Shown: positions 1 to 11,282 of the stretch, in pieces
Layout: the number at the start of each line of letters is the position of its first letter
Numbering within the stretch: position 1 is the stretch's first letter
NCBI GenBank assembly: GCA_048013815.1
Contig: CM106585.1
Location: 18,910,001 to 18,974,000 of the forward strand
Length of the DNA: 64,000 bases
Source of the DNA: Setoptus koraiensis
Lineage: Eukaryota > Animalia > Arthropoda
Direction of reading: 5' to 3'
Position numbers and translations under genes: made by a program
Notes under the pieces: generated by a model
Database searches by the model: none
The model's input: only the letters and a program-made list of their open reading frames with translations
Told to the model about the DNA's origin: nothing

Positions 1-218
1 CGCGAGCCCGGCTCTCCAATTCATTTGGCGAGGTTGTAAATTATATCGACCGGGACCATTGACCCAAAATGATATCTCTCGGTATCGCGAGAGCGATTTC
101 ACGCCGGAGAATTCGCGTAAACGATTTGCGGCGCACATGCGGCAGTATGATAATGAGCGAACAGTATATAGCGAATAGATAACGCCGCCACCGTCTCCAG
201 TCTGTCTGGCGTCTCAGC

Positions 219-278
219 CGGCCATTCGGCCGGCGATTCAGTCGGCAATTCGGTCGGCGATCCGGGCGGCGATTCGGC
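219..278. repeat. Tandem minisatellite, 5 x 12-bp degenerate unit (CGGCGATTCGGY-like)
   Basis: Units read directly: cggccattcggc / cggcgattcagt / cggcaattcggt / cggcgatccggg / cggcgattcggc. Confidence 0.8.
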
Positions 279-425
279 GGAAACCGACTGTCGCAGTCGC
301 AGGAAATGAATTTCATTTTCATTCATTTCGTCCCATACGTCGGGCACAAAATGAATTAAATTCGGGCGGCGGGCGGGTTTTTTCCCATTCTCCAGATTGG
401 CCCAAATTGGCGCGACATTTCAGTT

Positions 426-566
426 GGTTTCTTCGGGTTTCTCCAGGTTTCTTCGGGTTTCTCCGGGTTTCTTCGGGTTTCTCCGGGTTTCTTCGGGTTT
501 CTTCGGGTTTCTTCGGGTTTCTCCGGGTTTCTTCGGGTTTCTCCGGGTTTCTTCGGGTTTCTCGGG
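426..566. repeat. Tandem array, about 14 x 10-bp unit GGTTTCTYCG
   Basis: Alternating ggtttcttcg and ggtttctccg units. These explain the repetitive ORFs at 356-666. Confidence 0.95.
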
Positions 567-1338
567 CCCCTGCGAGTCACAAGTTGTGACCGTTAGCTGC
601 TCGCAGCGCGGCCCATCAAAAATCGATGATCAAATATGCGATTCGGCCATCGCGGCCGCAACTTGACCCGTGCAATATGGGCCGCGCCATCATGAGTCAG
701 CCGATAACGATACCTATATCGATTGGGGCCCGACTTGTGGAGAGAGCGAGCGCGGGATAATTGATCGGCCAAGAAGTCATAACTCATGGGTGGTCGGCGG
801 CCTCGGTCGGGCCCGCTTCATTTAAACTGAGTGAGTGACGGAGCGTGGCTGCCGGACCGTTCGCGGCACCACCTTCCACTCGCGGCCCCCTGAAGTGGCG
901 ACAGCGAGCCGGGATTTTTCGCGCACTGGCGTCATGAGTGCGCTGAGGGGCCGACTCCAATCAACTAAATCAATCGCTTCGTTAGATTGGATTGACCCGT
1001 CCAACTGGCACACACACACACACTGGATAATGGATGATTGATGCTAGACGCTGGCGAGATGCCGTTGCGATACCGGACACTTTGGCACGGGTCAGTGTCC
1101 AATGTTTGGCCGAGCCGAACATTGGGGGCCCGCGCTGACCCGAAACAGTTGCTGGGCCCACGGACATGTCATTGTATTATTATGTTATCTATCATGCCGT
1201 GGCTGGTCGCGACAACCAGTGTGGCCAGTGCGTGCTTGTTGTGACAAGTCGAGAGGGGAACGTGGTCAGATTAAAATTAAATATTGATTATCACTTTATG
1301 ATTATGACCTATTAGCTGATTGTTATTCGCGTGCGTCG

Positions 1339-1433
1339 CACAAACACGACACAATGGCACAAACAGGGCACAATGGCACAAACAGGGCACAATGGCACAA
1401 ACAGGACACAATCGCCCCAACAGGATACAATCG
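1339..1433. repeat. Tandem array, 5 x 19-bp unit CACAAACAGGGCACAATGG
   Basis: Two perfect central copies, with degenerate copies at both ends. Confidence 0.9.
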
Positions 1434-2078
1434 CCGCGCGCAGTGCGCCAATGCGGCACAGGCGCCCCACAAAGCGTTTGTGTGCCGTGCCAGGGAAATG
1501 AACGCCGGCCAGACTCTGGCCGCCAGAGGTGAATTTATGCTAAATTTCCCTATGCCTATCGGGCGCCCGTCTTTGCGTATCGCTATCGAGCTACTTGGCG
1601 CTTTGCTGACTTCCGGTTTCGGATTGTCGCTCGTGTGTGGGCATGATTTCTGTGCGAAAACAAGCGCCATCGTGAGTCGTGTGGCCAGTGGCCAGTGGTT
1701 GTCACAAACTCACAACGGTCAGCTGACGACTTTTGCGACTAGTTGACTTTTGCGACCAGTTGACTTTTGTTCGACAATACAGTTGGCATTTGGCGGACGT
1801 GCCAGAAATGCACCAAAAGTGATTTGTTTTCGCGAGGACAATCGACCCTCCGTGGGCCCCACTCGTCAGCTGTCACTTGAGGCCGGGCCGAAACGTAACG
1901 AATCGAGTCCGCACCGGGCCGAAGGAAGCGGCCGCGGACAATTGATAATTGTTGGTGACCCGGTTGGCCGGTGCACCGCATAACCTTGCCGTTGTGCTCA
2001 TTAGCCCGATGTGGGCCGGTGGCCGGAGACGGGCTGATAGATTTGCGGTTGCCTGTGCATATTAGATTTGCGGTTGGC

Positions 2079-2170
2079 CCGATGGGGCCTCATGGGGCCC
2101 CATCGATCCCCATTGAGGCCCCATGAGGCTCTATGAAGTTCTATGGGATTCTATGATGCTATATGAGGCT
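2079..2170. repeat. Degenerate 10-bp-period array (CYATGRGGCY-like) whose unit drifts along its length
   Basis: ccatgaggct / ctatgaagtt / ctatgggatt / ctatgatgct / atatgaggct, preceded by catggggccc-type units. Confidence 0.65.
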
Positions 2171-2856
2171 GGGCAAGGCTTGATAAGGGTGCCCGGGGCA
2201 CCTTTGCATACTTGCAGCCGCCACCGGGCGGCCGGAGAAATTATTGGCCGGGCGAGCCGTCACCGGACACAAGTGGCCAGTATCGAACAGTTCGGTTCGA
2301 TTGTTTTCGGTCGGGGCCGCCAGCCGCCAGCCCAGTGGCTATGGTGCGTCGTTGCGTCCACTAAAAGCGTGCCCATAACGAACAGCTCAAAGTTCATTAC
2401 GGGGCTCGTGTTATTATATCGTTGTTGTTGTTGTTGTTATTTGGGCAACTCGACACTATAACATGCACGGGCCACAACATAATATAATAACAAGCCTTTA
2501 GAAAGCGATTACCGCGGTGCCGCAGCGGCCAACAAAGGGGCCCACTAACTAGCGGCAGCACTGTCACTAACTAGGCACCAACTTGTCACAACTGACAAAG
2601 CCAAGCGGTCGGCTTTGCGACGGCCCCGCTACGAGCCAGTGGCACTCGATTGGGTCGATTGGGGCCTGTGGGGGCCTGTGGGGGTCGCGGGAGTTGCGGG
2701 GGCTGCGGGCGAGCCGGCCCCAATCGGGGCGGCGGGCCCACGCGAAACGGATCGCCCGGCCCGGCCTTTCAATTGTTGTCGGCTGTTCCTTTTTGTGTCC
2801 TTCCGCCGGCCGTGTTTTTGTGCTTTTTTGCGCGTTCGCTCTCTCGCGTTTTATCC

Positions 2857-2970
2857 GCGTTCTCGGCGTTCTCGGCGTTCTCCGCGTTCTCCGCGTTCTC
2901 TGTTCCGCGTTCTATCGTGTGCGTTGCTCGGCGTTGCTCGGCGTTGCTCGGCGCCGCTCGGCGTTCTCCG
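2857..2970. repeat. Adjacent related arrays: 5 x 9-bp GCGTTCTCS, then about 5 x 10-bp GCGTTGCTCG
   Basis: Units read directly at 2857-2901 and 2921-2970. Confidence 0.85.
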
Positions 2971-3942
2971 TTTCCACAACGGGGCCCCGCTCGCTGCTCA
3001 CAGGTTGTGCCGATATTCTCATTCCGCTCGCCACTTGCGACTCACAGGTTGTGAGTCAGAACCTGTGAGGCACAACTTGCGGCACCTAACGGCCAAAACT
3101 CTGGTGCGTCGGCGTAACCAGTTGATTTTGGGGCCGCTCACGGCGGCCGCATGATAAATCGCGCACAGTGTGGTTATTTGGCGATGTCGCCATTTAAAGC
3201 GCCCCCGCCGCCAATTATAGAGACACACAGAATTATAGAGACGTAGCTGGCGCGATGTAACTCGCACTTGATGTGCATCGGTGCAAGTGTGTTGTTTTGG
3301 TTGCTGTTGGGCAACACTTGCAATAATGGTGTAATGTTGTAACCCGCTTGTTTTGTTTGATTTTATTGACCCGCTAACGGTGTTTCCCGTTGAACGGAAT
3401 CGCTCGTCCTCGTTATGTCACTATCGTCACTGCGCTATCCGTCTATCCCTCTATCCGTCTATTTGGCCGTCGCTGTGTCACCGTCCGCCGCGTCACCTTC
3501 CGCCATGTCACAGTCAGCTGTCCCAATGTCCCGGTTCCGATGTCCCGATGTCCCGATGTCTCGGTGGCCCGGCGCGCACCTATGCCCCGCACAGAGGCAG
3601 TCGACAGAAAAAAGGCGACAGTTCCGCGAACGTGCCTGCGACCGGCCCGGCACGGGCCCCATTGAAAAGGGCACTCGCGGTGGCACTTTAACAGTCTTTA
3701 GCGGGCCGGCCGCAGTCGCTACAGTGGCCGTAATCGCCTCAATAGGCTATTACTGACACTTGTTATACACACGCGAGCGTCATTGAGCTGGACAATCTCG
3801 GACAAAGGGGCTCGCTGTTGGCCGGGGGCTCGTTTGCATAATGGGCGGCCGCCGTTGTGGAATGCTCCTTTGCAACGAGCGTGCGGCCCGTGACAAGTTG
3901 TCACTGTCGGCCCGCTTGCACCAACAACCGCACCGGCACCGC

Positions 3943-4040
3943 CAACGACATCAACAACAACAACAGCGACAACAACAACAGCAACGACAACAGCGACAAC
4001 AACAACAGCAACGACAACAACGACAACAGCGACAGCGGCA
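3943..4040. repeat. Trinucleotide-based CAA/CAG/CGA low-complexity repeat
   Basis: caacaacaacagcgacaac... This gives poly-Q, N/D and poly-V/L translations in different frames; no coding support. Confidence 0.9.
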
Positions 4041-4746
4041 ACCACGCGACACGACACGACACAACGCGAAACAACGTGACGTGCGATAGAGCGACTGACA
4101 AGCCTTGTGACTGGCAAAATGTGAGGCCACAATCGTCATATCAAAGCCATCGACTGGCCATTGGCGCCCCCATAAAACGGCCCGTGCCACGTTGCACGAC
4201 TTATTGCACAGGTCAGTGCCGGCCCGTGACGGCCAACCGTAACAGTGACAGTGTTACGTAATGCAACAACGTTATTATTGGCGCCGGCGCTGTTATCGTG
4301 CTCGTTTGTTTGTTTGGCTGCTGCCACGAGCGAGCGAGCGCCAAACGAGCCGGCGCCCGCTTGCTCGTCACGGCGCGGCCAGTTGGCCGCTGATTTGATT
4401 TTGGCTCGGTGGCATCATTTAATTCATTTTGTCGCTGCATACCCGCCTCGCCGCTGTCCATCCGCTGTGCGTCTGTCGCTGGCGCGCGTGCCGAGCTGGT
4501 CGCCACAGCTCGTGGCCGCTCGCGGCTGGTCATAGGTGGCACGTGAAGTATTTGCAATCTCGCGTTCAGCTCGCCAAACATTCGGCCGCTCGGCTGCTCG
4601 GCTATTGGGCTATCGGCTGACCGTTCGGCCCGTCGAGAGCTCGTTGTGAGCTGCCGGGCCGGTCGCCAGTGCCCGTCGCTCGACGGCCGCTCGTTGCCCG
4701 TCGCTCGACGGCGCCGCTCTAATCAAATTTGACTCGTCTCGCGACT

Positions 4747-4788
4747 CGCCCAGTGTCCAGCGCCCAGTGCCCAGCGCCCAGTGTCCAG
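4747..4788. repeat. Tandem array, 3 x 14-bp CGCCCAGTGYCCAG
   Basis: Three near-identical copies read directly. Confidence 0.9.
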
Positions 4789-6300
4789 CGAGCGGCCTTT
4801 GTGTCGCTGGCCGAACGGAAGGCATGAGACGAGTCGCTTATTACGACTGCATGACAGTGGCTAATAGACACCAAACTGGACAACGTTTGCGACAGTCGCG
4901 CCAACTGTCTTGCCGGCGCTTGACCAGTGGACGGCGCTGGCAAGCTGGAGGCCGCATCGACGGCATCTGCAATCGTCGCGCTGAGCGCTGTGACACGCCT
5001 CGAGCGGAGCGGCCGTCGGCCGTCGAGCGGGCCGCGCGACAAAAGACAAACGACAAGTGACAGGCAACAGCGAGGCCCGCGCTGACGGCGCCAACAGAAT
5101 CAGCCAACTGGCCAACAATAAACAACAGTGACATGTGCACAAACAAACGTGAAAATAATATAAAGAGCGATAGCGCCAAGACGATCGCCGGTCGGCCGCA
5201 AGCGCGCTGCCCCGGGCCTGGGCTCGCCGGTCGGACGCCGCTCGCTGTCCGCTGTCCGTCTGGCGATGGTCGCGCGAGCGCCAGCGACCAGCCAGTGCAG
5301 TCCCAGGCCGGTCGGCGCGGACTTTCCGGTCGGTGCGGACCGGCCGGTCAGCGTCCGGGTGCAAACAGACACTGGTGACAGTAATTGACCGGTCGGCCGC
5401 ACCAAGCGCCTCAGCGGTCGCGGCGAGCGGCGCGCAACAAGCAACAATATCAACCAATATCAATCCATCATAGCGGCCACTCATTGCGTCACATTATGTC
5501 GTATTATGTCGTATTATGTATGCCACAGGCGGCACAAATAACGCAAATGCGCCCTCGAACAACCGCGAACAAATGGCTGCCGCTGTGACGCCGCCGACCG
5601 CACCGTGGTATGGCCGCTGTCGTGTCGCGCGGTGTCGTGTCGCGCGGTGCCGTGCGGTAGCGGTCGCTGGAGGCGCGCTGAACGCGGTCGGGCGGCCGCA
5701 GCATCTCCGGCCGCGACGATTACGATGGCATCTTTTGAATTTGAATAACGGTCACGCCGGGCCAACAGGAAGCGGCGGTAATAAATTATGGCGCACTTTA
5801 AAACGCTACAGCGCGCTCTAAAATGTGCGCCCGCGCTTTTGGCCGCCGCACTTCTGGCCGCGGCGAGCGCGGCCGCCGAGGCCGCGACCGCTGAGGCGCG
5901 CGGCGGCCAAAACCGCGGCGGCCGGTTAGCGGGTGACAAATGGCGCTCGCGCAAGACTGGCCAGCGACATCGTTGGTCACGCCATTGCGCGGCCTCGACG
6001 CAGCGCGTTGTCGAGTGGTCGAGTTGCGGTTGGCGCGTTGCGTAACGTTGCGCTGTGTTGCGCTGTGTTGCGCCTAGTCACGAGGTGCCGCGCTGTGCCG
6101 GGCCCCAGAAAACAGCAAACAGCAAACGGGCGAACGGGCGAACGGCGGCCCCACGGTGGCAGCAACTCGCGGCTCAGTGGGCACGCCGCGCGCGGACGGC
6201 CCGACCGCGCAACACTCGTGAACCTTTCCGGTACTTGTTGATGGTTGGCGCACTTCCGGCGCGCTCCAGTGCGCGCCGGGGCACGGCGGTCGCGCCCTCT

Positions 6301-6406
6301 GCGTTGTGGGTTTTGTGCGTTTTGTGCGTTTTGTGCGTTGTGCGTTTTGTGCGTGCCCAGATCGGGGGGCCCCGACGGACCGACCCGACTGACCGACCCG
6401 ACTGAC
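6301..6406. repeat. TTTTGTGCG 9-bp array followed by a GACCGACCCGACT 13-bp array
   Basis: Units read directly at about 6301-6354 and about 6377-6406. Confidence 0.8.
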
Positions 6407-7287
6407 CGAGCCGCTGTGTGGCCGGCGAGCCGGCCGGCCCGCGACCATCAATCGTGGCGCGCCGCACGGTCCCCCCCCCCCAAACGGGGGCAGCCTAAAC
6501 GCCCCAAGCGCAACTGGGCCAGAGCGAATGTGTGTGACTTATTGGCTGGCGTGATGGGCGACGGCGGGCCGGTGCGCCGGCTTGCACTGGCAGCCATGCG
6601 TGGCGCAAGTGGCGCCAACTGACACGAGCGCCACTCATTAAGCCGCCGGTGCCAAATGACAGCCGCTCGCTAGTGTCGCCATTGTGGGCGCGCTGCAATT
6701 GTGGTGGTCGTAATTGACACTGATTGCACATTAGGCGCAACTTGTGCCGCCAGTTAGCGCCGCCGCGCCGCACCTCCCCTGATCCCATGATCCCCTGTTG
6801 GCCACTTTGTCTGGCCCGCAGCCGCGCCAATTGGCGGCAGCGGGCGCCCGCCGACCGTCTCATGACAAGCTTGTTATTGGGCGCGCGCGCGCGCCCAAAA
6901 AATTAAACGCTCGCCGGTCGGGCCAGACAGGTGCTAAACAAAGATGGACTATATTGCTTTATTTGCTCTATTGCGCTGCACCAGCTCGCGTTATTGGCCC
7001 CGCTCGGCCCGTGCGCGCCGCCGACACCAGTCGGGCCCGTGCGCGCCGCTGAGACCGGACGGGCCCGTATGCGCGGGCAGCCGCTGCACACACGCAAGGC
7101 TGTGCGCGAGCGCGCTAGATTAAGTAGACGGTCGGGCATTATGTGTGATTAGAATAAGCGGCCCTGATCCCTCTATTTTATTTTCTTATTTAATCTCTAT
7201 TAATGTATTACCAGCAGTATTATCAATAATGCCACCGTCTCTTATCTTGGCCTGCCTATCGCTGTTGGGGCGCCCAGCCTTGCGGCG

Positions 7288-7326
7288 CCCCAGCAGCGGG
7301 CCCCAGCAGCGGGCCCCAGCAGCGGG
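7288..7326. repeat. Tandem array, 3 x 13-bp CCCCAGCAGCGGG
   Basis: Three perfect copies. Confidence 0.9.
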
Positions 7327-8440
7327 CCTCAGTGACGGGGCCTTCAGGAGACGTGGCGCGGCGCGCATTCACGTGCGCGCTCGGCATTCTTCTTATTTTA
7401 TAGAATTTTATTTTCATTCATGGAGCGTTCATAAATAAATATTTATGATGCCGTCGTTATCATACTGGCTGCCTCTCTCTCTCTATATTGCTGGCTGCAT
7501 TCTCGGCGCGCCGCATACTCAAAGGTGCCCGCCAGCAAAGTGATACTACCGCTGGTATGATACTTGCCAACGATACGGGCCAATGTGCCGCCGCCGACCA
7601 ATATACCGCCGCCGACTAATATAGCGGCGGGCGCGAGATTCGGGCCGCTGGCAAGCGGAATATTTTCAATAGCGCACCTGATACATAAAATTGTGCGCCA
7701 CCCTTGTGTGTTCCGTACAGTGGGGCCCAGTCAATATACGCACACACATATTGGGGCCCAGATCAATATACACTCAGTTGTACCGTTATATGCAAGCCTG
7801 TCAAATTGAATTTCGATTATTGTGCGTACAACTGGCCCGCGCGTGCAACAAATCGGCCTCACCTTCGGCTGGCCCCTTTGTCGCGGGCCCATTCGTGCCG
7901 GGCTCCTGGTGCCACTACTCAAAATTAAATTAGCGCTCGCTGTGACTAACTCTTTCTGCCCATTTAATGCATGCACCAATTTCGTGCTGTTGCTTTTGCT
8001 GTTTCTGTAGCTGTCGTCCCGTCACCGTCGCTGCCTGTGACAGAGCGCTGCACTGTAATCGCTGGCTCGATTATATAACTGATTTACATTAATCGCCGTA
8101 TCACTATCGCTCGCCTATCCGCCTAATATGTTTACTTGTCTCCTTCGATGCCAGTGGAACGGTCCCGCTGGCGCAAGTGTGCCAGCGTGACATGAATCAC
8201 AATTCGCCACTATTGGTCACCGTGACACACACACACCGTACTGGCGCGCATACACAATTTACCTCTCGGGCGCGCGCTACCTGGTCGCTATGTACTCACT
8301 ACTCGCCGCTTATACCGCCGTTATTTGGATGAATAAGCGGCGCTGTGTTTGCAGCCCAAAACAAAATTAACCCAAACAAATGGATATAAATAAACACACG
8401 AGCACTGCCAGAGATGCCTCGTTGAGATGTCTAGTCACTG

Positions 8441-8525
8441 GTAGATTCGAGTAGATTCGAGTAGATTCGAGCTGATTCGAGCTGATTCGAGCTGATTCGA
8501 GCTGATTCGAGCTGATTCGAGTAGA
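8441..8525. repeat. Tandem array, 8 x 10-bp: 3 x GTAGATTCGA then 5 x GCTGATTCGA
   Basis: Units read directly. Confidence 0.95.
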
Positions 8526-9233
8526 GGCACAGAGTGCAACGAGAGACACAAATAACATGACGCCAATTTGAATATTTGAGAATCTTCTCCACACACTTGT
8601 CAGCCCGCTCAGAGGTGCGCCGCGCGTCCAACATTGTCTGCCGGTTTAAACCCAAATGTACCTCATTAGTTGGCTGCTCACACTGCTGCTCAATGATAAA
8701 CGCAACCAATCAACCACGTCATACACGCACACATCTCATAAATACATTGCTCCATGTGCACTTGCTAATATGATGTAATTTAATGACTTGCTCTCTCATA
8801 ATTAAGTGTGCGAGCTGTGCTCATCCAGCCAACACCATGTGTCAAACAACGAGAGAAGCCATAAGCTGTTGTCCCAGATCAATTACAATCTGTGACATTC
8901 ATGAGCCAGAAGCCAAAAGTGTGAATAGACGAGCGACTAGTTGAGTTTGTCATGCGATGCGAAAAATATTAAGCGCCTGGCTAATGTTTAAATTCAAATT
9001 TAAATTTAAATTTGCGCAAACTTTTAATTTATTTTTATTTTAGACTATCTTTCACAATTTAACTGTTCATCACAATCACTGTATTACAGTGATGCGTGCT
9101 GAATTTTTGCTCATCGTGGCGCCAGTCAATAGCGACACAACACTCGACAGCTCTCTCTCTCTCTCTCTCGATGGAGCGATGATACATTTTGGCCAAAATG
9201 ACACACATCACCAGTGACTTGTGCCGAGCAGCG

Positions 9234-9267
9234 ATCTAGCCAATCTAGCCAATCTAGCCAATCTAGG
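9234..9267. repeat. Tandem array, about 4 x 9-bp ATCTAGCCA
   Basis: Three perfect copies plus a partial one. Confidence 0.85.
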
Positions 9268-10482
9268 AGTCATTGTCAACTATAGATTACGCAATATCAG
9301 TTGATGGGACACTATCAGCGTTCAAGTTGCGTTAATTAGCGCCTCTCGAAATTGACACTGCGATTTTTATGTGCCAACACTAACAGACTTTCATAGCGGG
9401 ATTAGCAATGCGCCGACCGATTGCGCAAGAGCCAATTGTTAGACGACAGAGTTGATCGCTACCCAATGTTGCAAACCAGTGACAAACATGTAAGCGATAA
9501 TTTTTTCAATCTATGTTCGTATTTGTTTATTGCTATTAGTTGTATAATAATTACATATCTATAGGTATATTAATAGATTGTATATCACAATGAGTTATTG
9601 ATTATACAGTTGAATGCGCATCGGTGCATAGAATAATCTGTATATGAATATAGTTGCAATAAGAAAATGGAAGTTCGCTTCTACATCCCGGATCCGATTA
9701 TAATGGTCGTCAGCATCATTTTCATAATCTTCGTCATGGTCGTCTAGGGTCATTGTTTAATAAATCACACTATCACAATAGCCGGCGCTAACATGCGCAA
9801 CAAAAGTACATAGACCAAATGGTTCTAATGGTCACGTAGGATTGATTGTGCAACACCGTCACCAAGACGATTGAACGTCCCTTATTACAGAATACAAATA
9901 CAATCAACTGTTTTGTCCATCGGTACTTGCATTCAGTTTGGGCTCTCTCTAGCCATTATCCAATTATTCAACAACATATTGAGGGGTTTATAATTAGTAC
10001 ATGTGTGTGTGTGTGTGGGAGTGTTGCCAATATAACATTGTATAGCAAAATTATAAATAATAAATCTCAATAAACATCACTACTATTTACATAAAAGGTA
10101 GCTCATATAAACACACATCATTATGTTGTATCTGCTAATGTGAGAGGATAGTGTCGCATTGGATTGCATCAGCAAATGAGACAATCAAGCCAACGGCATG
10201 AGTATGGTGTTGTGATATATTATTGTGTGATATATTGCGGTGGGAACTTGTCATTTATACATCTATAGTATATGTGCGACTATCGCGATGATTCATTGGC
10301 ATGTTGGGGGCGCAAACATTTGAACATGTCCTATATTGTTAATGCGCTCAATGATTGTCAAAATATTCATGAGACTAGTTGCGATTAATTTCTCTCACAA
10401 GCGACGTTCTTCGTTCTCCCTCTCTCTCTCTCTCTTTCTTCTCTTTCATTTCGTTGATGCCTCAATCAAAATGTCACCATAA

Positions 10483-11282
10483 TCATTCACTTATAGGCCT
10501 TATGAGCAATCCTTTCTCAGCAGCCATCTCGCCGCTCACCATTGTAACCAACCTTGAACTAGAATAGAGGCATCGTCTGCTGCTATCTTGCCACTGTTGA
10601 TGGCGACGATAATGTTTCCGTTGCTGCAACCGTTGCTCATACACTTGTCTGTGTTTGTCTGTTGATGGGCCCTCTGCAGAGGCAACACGGCACGATGATA
10701 TTTTATTTGTCGTATCACAACTAGTGCTACTTCTGACGCTGCCGCCGCTGCTGCAACTGTTGTCATCGTCTGAGCTATTGTTAGCAACATCCATGTTGGC
10801 TTGCGTTGATACGGATATCAATTGCGATGCAGTTTCATCAGTATTAGTTGACAGTTGTTGAGTGGCACCGTTATTGTTTATATCTTTGTTGCCAATTTCG
10901 AATGAGCTAACTGGTAAAATTGATCCGACAAAATTTGTTGTTGTGTTTTCTTGGGCGCTCCTATGGGCGTTAGTTGGCGCTGGTGTTATCGCCGCACTAG
11001 TGGTTTCGCTGTTTGTCTCCGCACTAGTGGCCATCATTTGCGGTGAACGTTCTTTTTGCTGTCTCGCTGCAGTCTTCATTATAACATCGAGTGTGAATGG
11101 TTGTTGGTGTCGTTGATGTTGCAATATATTGTTGCCGTTGTTTGTTGTTGCAGAGCAAGTTCTCTCTTCTAAATAATCTTCGCCGTGGCAAAAAGTTTGG
11201 TCAAACTCGATGGCGGTGTCATTTATAAGCTCAAGTTCGCTAGACAGTGGGCATACATTGGGCTGCCGATATACATTTTTTT
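10483..11282 (-). CDS. Probable distal C-terminal tail of dopamine receptor copy A (S/T/N/Q-rich). It continues the 11,223-12,566 ORF through a -1 frame change.
   Basis: The listed ORF 10483-11124 starts at a TTG, but its frame stays open upstream (NVYRQPNVCPLSSELELINDTAIEFDQTF...) to a TAG just beyond the T7 run at 11,276-11,282. Its composition matches the upstream tail. Confidence 0.55.

Noticed and set aside
426-8525. CRISPR-like or iteron-like interpretation of the short arrays
   Set aside because: There are no unique spacers between repeats, no cas or rep genes, and the context is eukaryotic.
41-8600. Dozens of 60-180 aa ORFs in the GC-rich region
   Set aside because: They overlap in all frames, are R/A/P/G-rich or repeat-derived, often start at non-ATG codons and show no recognisable domain. 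This is expected from high GC.
8995-9014. Perfect 20-bp palindrome CAAATTTAAATTTAAATTTG
   Set aside because: It is a short (AAATTT)n run, which is self-complementary by construction.
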